A stretch of DNA of 64,000 bases from NCBI GenBank assembly GCA_937129385.1, contig CAKZNC010000100.1:12349-76348 (forward strand), given 5' to 3'. Origin of the DNA: an uncultured Bacteroidota bacterium. GTDB lineage: Bacteria > Bacteroidota > Bacteroidia > Bacteroidales > GCA-2748055. The translations under genes were made by a program, and so were the position numbers. Shown here one piece after another: positions 29,188 through 38,517 of this stretch (the stretch's first letter is position 1; every line of letters starts with the position of its first letter). A model generated the notes under the pieces. That model made no database searches, was not told the origin of the DNA, and was given only the letters and a program-made list of their open reading frames with translations.

Positions 29188-31814
29188 TACTCTATAAATA
29201 CTTCGTTTTCGTCACCTGCAAATACATAAATAAAGCCTGTGAGCGTATAGGATTCCAATCCGCCCAGCCTGGGCTCGAAAACCTCGCATATGTAGTAATA
29301 GACCCCTGGCGATACAACTGTGTTGGTGTTCATGATTTTACCATCCCAGTTCAGGTCAGGATCTTCGGTGCGGAATACAAGCAAACCCCACCTGTTGAAT
29401 ACCTGGAAATCTACTTTTTCAACATACGTTGTACGATTGGGTATGAACAGGTCATTCTTCCTGTCATTGTTGGGTGAAAAGAAATTTGGAAGAATATAGT
29501 CTGAACACTCATCAAGACATAGCTGAACTGAAAGCGGTGACTCGTTTGCAAATGAATCCACAGCACTGATGTAGTAACATCCTGTCAGTGTAGCTTCGGT
29601 CTTCATATCAATATATGAGGTGTCGTCTTTTTGACTTTCATAATCCTGTACCAGCTCAGGAACTCCATCCTGTGTTTGTGAATAGTATAGTCGGTAACCT
29701 TCAACATCCTCCAGGCAAGTGTCAGAATTGAATCCCCATGTCAGGAGATTATAGAACTTATCACAGAACGATTGTCCTCTAAGGACAGGAGTGCAGGGCG
29801 GAGTCGTATCAACAGGCTGGGTGCAGTTGACATGACTGTAGTTTACATTTTCATAAAGTGTTCCTTCAATACTTCGCCATCCCGTACTTTTTACCCTGTA
29901 GCAATACTCTGTGTTGTTCTGCAATCCCCTGTCGACATATACTGGATCAGTGGTGTAGGCGATGGAATCAAAATTGCCGCTTGCATCACTGTACCTGTAA
30001 ATGGTATAATCATAGTTGATCCAGGGGACATTTTTTACCATGGTCAGCTCGATCTGGTTATCACCGCCAATTAGATCAGGGTAAAACGAAGATGCGGTCT
30101 CAAGCTTTGAAGTGTCACTGATGGCGAACCTGTTGCCTGGTTCGTTATTGTACAGTGCGATGCTGTAGGAATAGGGAAAAGATTGGGTATCCACATCAGT
30201 ATCTGTGAAAACAGTATCTGTAATATCCGCAGTGTTCTTTGTGAAGACCGCTTCGGGAATATCCCCGAATAGTCCTGAGCTTCTTGTGATCACATATTCA
30301 TATGGACCATTGGCGGGGATGGTGTCCAGATTACGGGGTTGCACCCATCTGAGCTCAATGTCACCTGAAGGACTGTCGTCTGTCACACTCGCTTGCATCA
30401 GTGCCGGGAGTCCGGCAACAAGGGGCGAGCAAACTTCCATGCTTGGATAGCCGGTGGCACCATCGGGATAGACCGATGCGATCATATAACAAAATTCAGT
30501 GCCCTGTTCGAGCCCATTCCCATTATTGTCATCGAAATAGATCGTTTCCTCCCTTTCGCTGACAAGCGCGATTCCCACATAACCTGTGCTGGCAGGTACC
30601 CCGGTAACACAAGAGTCAGGGGTGTAACCTGAGGGTCCCTCTTTCCTGTAGATCCTGTATCCGGTTACCGAGGGACATGGGTCTTCCGGCCAGGTGACAG
30701 TGATGCTGTTGGAAGCAGGAATGAGCGTAGGGTCCCCCGGGGGTGGCCCGGTTACCCTGATATTGACGTTGATGATGTCGACGAGCTTGGTATCCGGGTT
30801 GTTGTCTTCGGCTTTGATTACGGCTGTATATGACTGCTGTCTGACATGACTGCAGTTGGTTTGCCAGCGGAATACTGCCTCGCTGTTTCCGGGGTATGAA
30901 TTTGCCTGGTCGATATCAAATTCCGCCTGGCTACCGTCGACGACAAACGGACCGCCTGTGGCTGTAAGCCTTACCGAATCATTGTCCGGATCGATTGCCT
31001 TCACGCGGAACTCGACCAGGGTCCCTGCCTCCACGCAAAGGTCCGGAAGGTCTTCCAGGATCGGGGTTTGGTTATCAGTTTCATAAACCTCGATCTGCAT
31101 GTCCCTGACGATGTTGCCGATCTTCACACCTTCCCTCCACTCTTCAATATCTATGGCGATATTGTAGATCCCGGTCTCATTGGGCCTGATCCAGTTCAGA
31201 TCTCCTGTCACCGGGTCGATAAAAAGTGTATCACTCGCACCCGGAAGAACATAGTTTTCAATGGGCTTGCCATCTTCTTCCGTGCAGACAGTAAGTTTAT
31301 AGGAGATGCTGTCACCGTCCGGATCGTAGGCTGCTGGATTGTGGATAAAAACCTGGTTCAGGGCAGCGCGGTCGATGGGCGGATTCAGCAGGACCGGTGT
31401 GGAATTTTGCCCGATGGCAGGATTGATCGAAATCGTGGTTTTGATGGAAAAGACCACGTTGACAGAATTTGGAATGTTCTTTACACCCAGGTTCCTGTTG
31501 GGATCCTGGACAACGATCTCATACGTTCCGGCACCTGGAAAGGTGTGTTGCGCCTTATAGATATTTTTCTGATAGAAATTAGGCAATCGTGTGATGTTTT
31601 GCCTCGCGGCGGAACTCATGGTATTGTCACCCCACTGAACCTCAAGGGAGGCACGGTCGGCTTGACTGAGCGTATAGGTGAAGGTTGTAATAAGGATCTC
31701 ATAGGTGAATTCATCGAGCTGACGAAGTGTAATTTCCCCCGCCCGGTTGTGGGTGCCGGAGACGGGCTTCACCAGCAGCAATAATATCGTAATAAATAGA
31801 AATAATCTCTTCAT
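29187..31814 (-). CDS. Large cell-surface protein with FN3/Ig-like modules and type-B T9SS (gliding-motility-associated) C-terminal sorting domain
   Basis: 875-aa ORF with a signal peptide and four FN3-like modules (..GYRIYRK.., ..YTIYRYS.., ..GYRLYYSQ..). The C-terminus LPNFFSPNNDRKNDLFIP...FQVFNRWGLLVF...WDGK...VSPGVYYYICEV matches the type-B CTD motif. Confidence 0.85.
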   Translation of the reverse strand: MKRLFLFITILLLLVKPVSGTHNRAGEITLRQLDEFTYEILITTFTYTLSQADRASLEVQWGDNTMSSAARQNITRLPNFYQKNIYKAQHTFPGAGTYEIVVQDPNRNLGVKNIPNSVNVVFSIKTTISINPAIGQNSTPVLLNPPIDRAALNQVFIHNPAAYDPDGDSISYKLTVCTEEDGKPIENYVLPGASDTLFIDPVTGDLNWIRPNETGIYNIAIDIEEWREGVKIGNIVRDMQIEVYETDNQTPILEDLPDLCVEAGTLVEFRVKAIDPDNDSVRLTATGGPFVVDGSQAEFDIDQANSYPGNSEAVFRWQTNCSHVRQQSYTAVIKAEDNNPDTKLVDIINVNIRVTGPPPGDPTLIPASNSITVTWPEDPCPSVTGYRIYRKEGPSGYTPDSCVTGVPASTGYVGIALVSEREETIYFDDNNGNGLEQGTEFCYMIASVYPDGATGYPSMEVCSPLVAGLPALMQASVTDDSPSGDIELRWVQPRNLDTIPANGPYEYVITRSSGLFGDIPEAVFTKNTADITDTVFTDTDVDTQSFPYSYSIALYNNEPGNRFAISDTSKLETASSFYPDLIGGDNQIELTMVKNVPWINYDYTIYRYSDASGNFDSIAYTTDPVYVDRGLQNNTEYCYRVKSTGWRSIEGTLYENVNYSHVNCTQPVDTTPPCTPVLRGQSFCDKFYNLLTWGFNSDTCLEDVEGYRLYYSQTQDGVPELVQDYESQKDDTSYIDMKTEATLTGCYYISAVDSFANESPLSVQLCLDECSDYILPNFFSPNNDRKNDLFIPNRTTYVEKVDFQVFNRWGLLVFRTEDPDLNWDGKIMNTNTVVSPGVYYYICEVFEPRLGGLESYTLTGFIYVFAGDENEVFIE

Positions 31815-31818
31815 CCGC

Positions 31819-32313
31819 TCACCTCAGGTTCAGGACTTCTTCTTTCCTGTGAAAATCAAATTTAATTCCTTTCTCCCTATTCCCGGAGGAATAGATCAAT
31901 AAGTTGGTCTGGTCGGCAAAAATATCTGTAAGTATCGCGTTGTAAATGTACAAAGTTTTCGGATTTTGTTTCAGTTTTGAACTCAATTCAATGTGCATGG
32001 AAAGTTCATCGAAGTATACGGTGTCAATAGTGAACTGAATTACATCCCCTTTCTTCCCTTCACTTACCTTCAAAGATGCCTCCAGGTAATCCCTGAACCA
32101 ATCACCTTGCAGGTGAGCCGGCTCTTTCAGACTGATCTTTTTTCCATAGTAATGAAAATATGCCGTTTCCCAATCGTCTACGAAGGTGTTGAGGGAGAGC
32201 TTCAGTGTTTTTTCATTCAGTGTAAGATTCACCACAGAAACATGAACCGGATGTGAAAAGGTTTCCGGAAAAACTGACAAAAACAGCAACAGGATGATCA
32301 GTCTCTTTTCCAT
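31819..32313 (-). CDS. Small secreted protein of unknown function (predicted mature N-terminal His)
   Basis: 164-aa ORF. The signal peptide MEKRLIILLLFLSVFPETFS is followed by HPVHVSVVNL. It is the first gene of the minus-strand operon and sits divergent from the HupE/UreJ gene. Confidence 0.6.
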   Translation of the reverse strand: MEKRLIILLLFLSVFPETFSHPVHVSVVNLTLNEKTLKLSLNTFVDDWETAYFHYYGKKISLKEPAHLQGDWFRDYLEASLKVSEGKKGDVIQFTIDTVYFDELSMHIELSSKLKQNPKTLYIYNAILTDIFADQTNLLIYSSGNREKGIKFDFHRKEEVLNLR

Positions 32314-32355
32314 TCTTCAAATTTACATTAAACTTGTAACTTTTAAAGCAGAACC

Positions 32356-32940
32356 ATGTCAATATTCAGACTCTATCTCGAACTTGGTGTTACGCATATA
32401 CTGGATTTCAGGGGATACGACCATATTCTCTTTATCATGACACTCTGTTCGGTCTACTATTTTAACGAATGGAAGCGGGTACTTATTCTGATCACTGCCT
32501 TTACAGTCGGCCATACAGCTACACTGGTACTTTCAACCTTCGAAATGATCGATTTGCCGGTCGGACTGATCGAGTTTTTAATTCCGCTTACAATCTTTAT
32601 TACTGCAATCTTCAATGCGGTATATCGGCAATCGACCGCCGGAGGTAAGCTGCACATGCTCAAATATGTTGCTTCCTTGTTTTTCGGACTGATCCACGGC
32701 CTGGGATTCTCCGGGTATCTTAAGAGCTTGTTAGGCAGTGAGGAACGGATAACAACACCGCTTTTTGCATTCAATGTGGGGATCGAACTGGGACAGATCC
32801 TGGTTGTGATTTTGGTAATGAGCCTCTCCTGGCTGATCACCAGGATATTCAAGGCACCCAGGCGTGAGTGGAACCTTCTGGTCGCCGGGGGTGCCATGGG
32901 AATCTCCCTGATCCTGATGTTTGAAAGAGTTCCCTGGTAA
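32356..32940 (+). CDS. HupE/UreJ-family membrane protein (putative Ni/Co-type metal transporter)
   Basis: 194-aa multi-TM ORF with the HupE/UreJ_2-like signature GVTHILDFRGYDHILF and the second motif FTVGHTATL. Confidence 0.78.
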   Translation: MSIFRLYLELGVTHILDFRGYDHILFIMTLCSVYYFNEWKRVLILITAFTVGHTATLVLSTFEMIDLPVGLIEFLIPLTIFITAIFNAVYRQSTAGGKLHMLKYVASLFFGLIHGLGFSGYLKSLLGSEERITTPLFAFNVGIELGQILVVILVMSLSWLITRIFKAPRREWNLLVAGGAMGISLILMFERVPW

Positions 32941-32991
32941 CGTTCCAGCTATTGGAAATTTCTGATAACTTGCATCGCAATAAGCCTGATC

Positions 32992-33900
32992 ATGGAAACC
33001 TGGGAGGAATTGATTGCGGAATACAGGAGTTTTCTAAAGCTCGAAAAGGGATTGTCGGAAAATTCTGTTGAGGCCTACGAGAACGACATCCGAAAACTGA
33101 TGCAATTCCTTGATATGAAGGGGATCGTCATGCCCCCGGAACGCGTCGACAAGGCGATCCTGCACGAATTTCTCGGATGGACCGGTGAGCTGGGGGTCAA
33201 TACACGTACCCAATCCAGGCTGGTCTCTGGAATCAGATCATTCTTCAGGTACCTGCTGCTTGAGGAAAGAATTCCAGCCGATCCTACACAATCCATGGAA
33301 ATGCCAAGGACAGGGAGGAAATTACCCGAGGTCCTCTCCATCGAAGAGATTGACCGGCTGATATCAAAGATCGATCTCAGCAATCCGTTGGGGAGGAGAA
33401 ACAAGGCGATGCTGGAAGTGCTATACAGTTGCGGCCTCAGGGTGAGTGAGCTGGTGGGTCTGAAAATTTCAGACATTTACAGGGATGAAGGATATATCAG
33501 GATCATCGGGAAAGGGGATAAGGAGCGACTGGTCCCAGTCAGTCATACGGCACTCCGTGAGATCGATCAGTATATGCCCGACAGGAATGCGATGCTTGAC
33601 AATGACATGGGCCACAGTGATATTCTTTTCCTGAACAGGCGCGGCAGGCAGCTCACCCGGGTCATGGTTTTTACGATCATCAGGCAGCTCGCCGAAAGGG
33701 CTGGCTTTAAAAAAAAGATCAGTCCGCATACCTTCCGGCACTCCTTCGCAACACACCTGGTCAACGGGGGTGCAGATCTCCGGGCGGTCCAGGAAATGCT
33801 GGGCCACGAATCCATTGTAACTACCGAGATATACACGCACCTCGACAGGGAATATCTGCGGGAAACCATTATCAGCCATCACCCGAGATCACGGCGGTGA
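32992..33900 (+). CDS. xerD: Site-specific tyrosine recombinase XerD
   Basis: 302-aa ORF with a SAM-like N-domain and the catalytic residues in RVSELVGL, HTFRHSFATHL and LGHESIVTTEIYTHL. Confidence 0.9.
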   Translation: METWEELIAEYRSFLKLEKGLSENSVEAYENDIRKLMQFLDMKGIVMPPERVDKAILHEFLGWTGELGVNTRTQSRLVSGIRSFFRYLLLEERIPADPTQSMEMPRTGRKLPEVLSIEEIDRLISKIDLSNPLGRRNKAMLEVLYSCGLRVSELVGLKISDIYRDEGYIRIIGKGDKERLVPVSHTALREIDQYMPDRNAMLDNDMGHSDILFLNRRGRQLTRVMVFTIIRQLAERAGFKKKISPHTFRHSFATHLVNGGADLRAVQEMLGHESIVTTEIYTHLDREYLRETIISHHPRSRR

Positions 33901-33972
33901 AAATCACCCCCGGGTATACAGAAGTATACAATTATTTAACTCTATTTAGAATTGTTTTATCAATTTTTTGGA

Positions 33973-33980
33973 TACATTTG
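33973..33980 (+). promoter_or_regulatory. Candidate -7 promoter box (TACATTTG) for ppdK
   Basis: Matches TAnnTTTG 62 nt upstream of the ppdK ATG. Confidence 0.3.
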
Positions 33981-34041
33981 TACTTTCAAAAAATTTCCCA
34001 TAGTTAACTCGTTCATTATTAACACTTAAAAGAATATAAGA

Positions 34042-36759
34042 ATGTCAAAAGTTAAGCGTGTTTACACCTTTGGAGACAAGAAGGCTGAAGGAAAAGCTGA
34101 CATGAAGAATTTGCTGGGCGGCAAAGGAGCCAACCTGGCTGAAATGAACCTGATTGGTGTACCCGTTCCTCCGGGATTCACCATCACCACCGATGTTTGT
34201 GCTGAGTACTATGAACTTGGTCGTGAAAAAGTAGCCGAGCTGCTTAAGCCCGAAGTGGAAGCTGCAGTCAAGAATGTAGAACAGATCATGGGAACAAAAT
34301 TCGGAAGCAATGAGAATCCCTGTCTGATGTCTGTACGTTCAGGAGCAAGGGTCTCAATGCCCGGTATGATGGATACTGTATTGAACCTTGGTATGAATGA
34401 GGATGCAGTGAAGGGGTTGATCGCCAAAACCGGAAATGAAAAGTTTGCCTGGGACAGCTACCGCAGGTTTGTTCAGATGTATGGTGATGTTGTCATGGGA
34501 ATGAAGCCTGAGAGCAAGGAAGATATTGATCCATTCGAGGAGATTCTTGAAGAGGTGAAAGAGGCAAAGGGTGTAGACAACGACAATGAACTTGATGTTG
34601 AAGACCTGAAAGGACTCGTAGAAAAGTTTAAAGCTGCTGTGAAAAAGCAGACCGGACAGGAATTTCCGGTAGATCCATGGGATCAGCTTTGGGGAGCTGT
34701 GATGGCTGTTTTTGACAGCTGGAATACTGATCGCGCTATTTATTATCGCCAGATGCACCAGATCCCGGAAGAGTGGGGTACAGCCGTCAATGTTCAGGCA
34801 ATGGTATTCGGTAATATGGGGAACAACTCCGGAACCGGCGTTGCATTTACAAGGGATGCAGCCACTGGTGAAGATATCTTCAACGGGGAATACCTGATCG
34901 ATGCACAGGGTGAAGACGTTGTTGCAGGTGTTCGCACACCTCAGCAGATCACAAAAGAGGGTTCATTGAGGTGGGCCAAACTTGCAGGTGTTTCTGAAGA
35001 GGTTCGTTCATCCAAGTTTCCATCACTGGAAGAGCTGATGCCGACAGTATATAAAGAACTTGATGATACACAGACCAAGCTTGAGAATCATTATAAGGAC
35101 ATGCAGGATATTGAGTTCACCATCCAGGATGGTAAACTCTGGTTGCTGCAGACACGTAACGGGAAACGTACCGCCGCCTCCATGGTGAAGATTGCGATGG
35201 ACCTGCTTCGCGATGGAATGATCGATGATAAAACAGCACTGCTCAGACAGGAGCCTGCAAAACTGGATGAGCTGTTACACCCGGTATTTGACAAGAAGGC
35301 GCTTGCCGACGCTGAAGTGATCGCAAACGGATTGCCGGCATCACCCGGAGCCGCCACAGGTCAGATCGTTTTCTTTGCTGATGAAGCAGAAAAATTCCCG
35401 CAGTCGATCCTGGTACGTATTGAAACATCACCGGAAGACCTTGAGGGAATGAATATTGCCAGGGGAATCCTCACTGCACGCGGAGGGATGACTTCCCACG
35501 CTGCTGTTGTGGCACGCGGAATGGGTAAATGCTGCGTTTCAGGAGCCGGAGGTGTGAAGATCAACTACAAGACCAGGACCATGGTCGTTGGTGGAAAAAC
35601 ACTGAACGAAGGTGACTGGATCTCACTCGACGGTGGAGAAGGAAATGTCTACGAAGGCAAGATCACAACGATCGATCCTGAACTGAGTGGTGACTTCGGT
35701 AAGGTCCTGGAACTTGCTGAGAAACTTACCAAAATGGATGTGCGCACGAACGCGGATTCACCAAATGATGCCAAGGTGGCAAGAGATTTTGGTGCCAAGG
35801 GTATCGGGCTGACACGTACAGAGCATATGTTCTTTGAAGGAGAGCGTATCATTGCGATGCGTGAAATGATCCTCGCTTCTGATGAAGCTGAAAGAAGGAA
35901 GGCACTTGAAAAACTGCTGCCTTACCAGCGTGAAGATTTCGAAGGAATTCTCGAAGCGATGCAGGGATACGGAGTCACCATCCGACTGCTTGACCCGCCA
36001 TTGCACGAGTTCGTGCCGCACGATGATGAAAATCAGAAAGAGATGGCAGACCAGATGGGTGTTACAGTTGACGATATCAAGGCATTGGTGGAAGACCTGC
36101 ATGAATTCAACCCCATGCTCGGACACCGCGGATGCCGTCTTGGCAACACCTATCCTGAAATCACCGAGATGCAGGCCAGGGCCATCATTGAGGCAGCCGT
36201 GAACCTGAAGAAAAAAGGTGTTGACGCAAGACCGGAGATCATGGTTCCTTTGATCGGTACAGTTGAAGAGTTCAGGATGCAGGAAGATATCATCAGGAAA
36301 ACCGCTGAAACAGTATTCGAGGAAAAAGGTGAAAAGTGTGAGTACCTCGTTGGTACAATGATCGAGATCCCAAGGGCTGCACTTACAGCTGATAAGATCG
36401 CGAACCATGCAGAGTTTTTCTCATTCGGAACAAATGACCTTACCCAGATGGGCTTTGGTTATTCTCGTGACGATGCAGGTAAATTCCTGCCGGTGTACCT
36501 CAAGAAGGGAATCCTGAAGGTTGACCCGTTCCAGTCTCTCGACCAGGAAGGAATCGGTCAGCTTGTCGAGATTGGTACCACAAAGGGACGTTCGACGAAT
36601 GCCGATCTTAAGGTAGGTATTTGTGGTGAACATGGTGGAGACCCAAGCTCTGTGGAATTCTGCTACAAGGTGGGTATGAACTACGTAAGTTGTTCTCCGT
36701 TCAGGGTGCCGATCGCACGACTCGCAGCTGGCAGGGCTTCGATCAAGTATGATCGTTAG
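34042..36759 (+). CDS. ppdK: Pyruvate, phosphate dikinase
   Basis: 905-aa ORF with the ATP-grasp N-terminus (GGKGANLAEM), the phospho-His swivel domain (GGMTSHAAVVARGMG) and a PEP-utilising C-terminal TIM barrel (FFSFGTNDLTQ, GICGEHGGDP). Confidence 0.96.
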   Translation: MSKVKRVYTFGDKKAEGKADMKNLLGGKGANLAEMNLIGVPVPPGFTITTDVCAEYYELGREKVAELLKPEVEAAVKNVEQIMGTKFGSNENPCLMSVRSGARVSMPGMMDTVLNLGMNEDAVKGLIAKTGNEKFAWDSYRRFVQMYGDVVMGMKPESKEDIDPFEEILEEVKEAKGVDNDNELDVEDLKGLVEKFKAAVKKQTGQEFPVDPWDQLWGAVMAVFDSWNTDRAIYYRQMHQIPEEWGTAVNVQAMVFGNMGNNSGTGVAFTRDAATGEDIFNGEYLIDAQGEDVVAGVRTPQQITKEGSLRWAKLAGVSEEVRSSKFPSLEELMPTVYKELDDTQTKLENHYKDMQDIEFTIQDGKLWLLQTRNGKRTAASMVKIAMDLLRDGMIDDKTALLRQEPAKLDELLHPVFDKKALADAEVIANGLPASPGAATGQIVFFADEAEKFPQSILVRIETSPEDLEGMNIARGILTARGGMTSHAAVVARGMGKCCVSGAGGVKINYKTRTMVVGGKTLNEGDWISLDGGEGNVYEGKITTIDPELSGDFGKVLELAEKLTKMDVRTNADSPNDAKVARDFGAKGIGLTRTEHMFFEGERIIAMREMILASDEAERRKALEKLLPYQREDFEGILEAMQGYGVTIRLLDPPLHEFVPHDDENQKEMADQMGVTVDDIKALVEDLHEFNPMLGHRGCRLGNTYPEITEMQARAIIEAAVNLKKKGVDARPEIMVPLIGTVEEFRMQEDIIRKTAETVFEEKGEKCEYLVGTMIEIPRAALTADKIANHAEFFSFGTNDLTQMGFGYSRDDAGKFLPVYLKKGILKVDPFQSLDQEGIGQLVEIGTTKGRSTNADLKVGICGEHGGDPSSVEFCYKVGMNYVSCSPFRVPIARLAAGRASIKYDR

Positions 36760-36781
36760 TCCTGGAAATTTGAATTCATTG

Positions 36782-36819
36782 AAAAGCAGTAGAACTTTGT
36801 TTTTACTGCTTTTTTTTTG
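36782..36819 (+). terminator. Rho-independent terminator after ppdK
   Basis: The hairpin GCAGTA...TACTGC is followed by T9. Confidence 0.6.
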
Positions 36820-36893
36820 ATATTTGATAAGATTAGGGAACCATGCCGAAATTGATCCTGAAATTCTGATTTTGTTAAATTAAAACAACTACC

Positions 36894-38513
36894 ATGAGCA
36901 TCAAAACCAATGCCCTTGACCTGGATAAGTATGGGATTAAAAATCCCAGTGAAGTTCTGTACAATCCTGGTTATAAGCAATTATTCAGCGAAGAGCTGGA
37001 CGCCTCCCTTGAGGGGTATGAAAAAGGAGTTGAATCAGAATTTGGGGCAGTCAAAGTTGATACCGGCGTTTTTACAGGCCGGTCACCTAAAGACAAATAT
37101 ATCGTTTTGGATGATACCACCAGGGATACCGTATGGTGGAAATCGGATAAGGCAAAATCCTCCGACAACAAACCAATCGATGAGGAGACATGGAAAAAAG
37201 GGTTTAGCCTGGCCGCCGGGGAGCTGTCAGGAAAAAAACTCTATGTGATGGATGTTTTCTGTGGTGCCAACAAAGACAGCAGGTTAAAGGTCAGGTTCAT
37301 CATGGAGGTGGCATGGCAGGCCCATTTCGTAAAAAACATGTTCATCCGGCCCACGGACGAAGAGTTGAAGGACTTCGAGCCGGATTTTGTTATGCTCAAT
37401 GCTGCCAAGACTACCAACCCGGAATGGGAAAAACAGGGACTGAATTCCGAAGTGTTCGTATTTTTTAATCTGAATGAACGTATGGGAGTGATCGGGGGAA
37501 CCTGGTACGGGGGTGAAATGAAGAAGGGGATCTTTTCAGTGATGAATTATTACCTTCCATTGCGCGGAATTGCAGCTATGCACTGCTCTGCAAATGTAGG
37601 ACCGGATGGTGACACGGCGATCTTTTTCGGCCTCTCGGGAACCGGGAAGACCACATTGTCAACGGATCCCAACCGCGCACTGATCGGCGATGATGAACAT
37701 GGCTGGGATGATGACGGGGTATTTAATTTTGAAGGGGGGTGTTATGCAAAAACAATTCACCTGAGTGAGGAGAATGAACCGGATATCTATCATGCCATTC
37801 GCCGGGACGCACTGCTGGAAAATGTTTCCGTTGATCAGGCCGGCAAGGTGGATTTTGATGACGGATCCATCACCGAGAATACAAGGGTCTCGTATCCGAT
37901 CTACCATATTGACAATATTGTAAAACCCGTCTCACGTGCCGGTCATGCAAGTCGGGTCATTTTTCTTACTGCAGATGCATTCGGCGTAATGCCACCAGTG
38001 TCAAAACTGACACCCGACCAGACCAAGTATCATTTCCTATCTGGATTTACAGCAAAACTTGCAGGGACCGAGCGTGGGATCACCGAACCGGTTCCGGCAT
38101 TTTCAGCTTGCTTCGGAGCGGCATTCCTTACATTACACCCAACAAAATACGGGACCGAACTGGTGAAACGGATGGAGGCTGCAGGTTCCTCTGCTTACCT
38201 GGTAAATACAGGATGGAATGGGACAGGAAAAAGAATTTCCATTAAAGATACAAGGGCCATTATCGATGCTATTCTGAATGGAAATATCGATGCTGCCGAT
38301 ACCCGGACCATTCCCTATTTTAACCTTGAAGCACCGGTTTCTCTTGAAGGCGTTGATGATGGCATCCTTGATCCACGAGATACTTATGCTGATCCAGCTG
38401 AATGGGAAAGGAAAGCACGCGACCTGGCTGAAAGATTCATTAATAACTTCAGGCAGTTTACCGATAACCAGGAGGGAAAACGGCTTGAGAAGGAAGCTGG
38501 CCCGAAGATCTGA
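36894..38513 (+). CDS. pckA: Phosphoenolpyruvate carboxykinase (ATP)
   Basis: 539-aa ORF with the kinase-1a P-loop [13 protein letters not shown] and the IGDDEHGW motif. Confidence 0.96.
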   Translation: MSIKTNALDLDKYGIKNPSEVLYNPGYKQLFSEELDASLEGYEKGVESEFGAVKVDTGVFTGRSPKDKYIVLDDTTRDTVWWKSDKAKSSDNKPIDEETWKKGFSLAAGELSGKKLYVMDVFCGANKDSRLKVRFIMEVAWQAHFVKNMFIRPTDEELKDFEPDFVMLNAAKTTNPEWEKQGLNSEVFVFFNLNERMGVIGGTWYGGEMKKGIFSVMNYYLPLRGIAAMHCSANVGPDGDTAIFFGLSGTGKTTLSTDPNRALIGDDEHGWDDDGVFNFEGGCYAKTIHLSEENEPDIYHAIRRDALLENVSVDQAGKVDFDDGSITENTRVSYPIYHIDNIVKPVSRAGHASRVIFLTADAFGVMPPVSKLTPDQTKYHFLSGFTAKLAGTERGITEPVPAFSACFGAAFLTLHPTKYGTELVKRMEAAGSSAYLVNTGWNGTGKRISIKDTRAIIDAILNGNIDAADTRTIPYFNLEAPVSLEGVDDGILDPRDTYADPAEWERKARDLAERFINNFRQFTDNQEGKRLEKEAGPKI

Positions 38514-38517
38514 TACG

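Noticed and set aside
31068-31784. 238-aa plus-strand ORF inside the adhesin gene. Similar long antisense ORFs occur at 35758..36408 (216 aa, in ppdK), 40870..41526 (218 aa, opposite tmk), 24154..24705 (183 aa), 6609..7115 (168 aa, in guaA), 11316..11789 (157 aa, opposite the SiaB/C-like pair) and 42603..43079 (158 aa).
   Set aside because: Each lies fully antisense to a gene with strong family motifs. Their translations are low-complexity or biased (rich in R, S, P, C, H) and contain no recognisable motifs. They look like shadow ORFs.
32992-33900. Tyrosine recombinase as a marker of an integrated mobile element.
   Set aside because: The sequence and size fit the housekeeping XerD (chromosome dimer resolution). 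I see no flanking repeats, tRNA target, or phage or transposon genes nearby.
38278-38517. 5' part of the ORF-track entry 38278..39177, which overlaps the 3' end of pckA by more than 230 nt.
   Set aside because: The PlsY homology begins only around ...ELLFAVWMVPAAYLLGSIP. The upstream portion is an out-of-frame read through pckA. The real start is most likely at 38518, 38524 or 38557.
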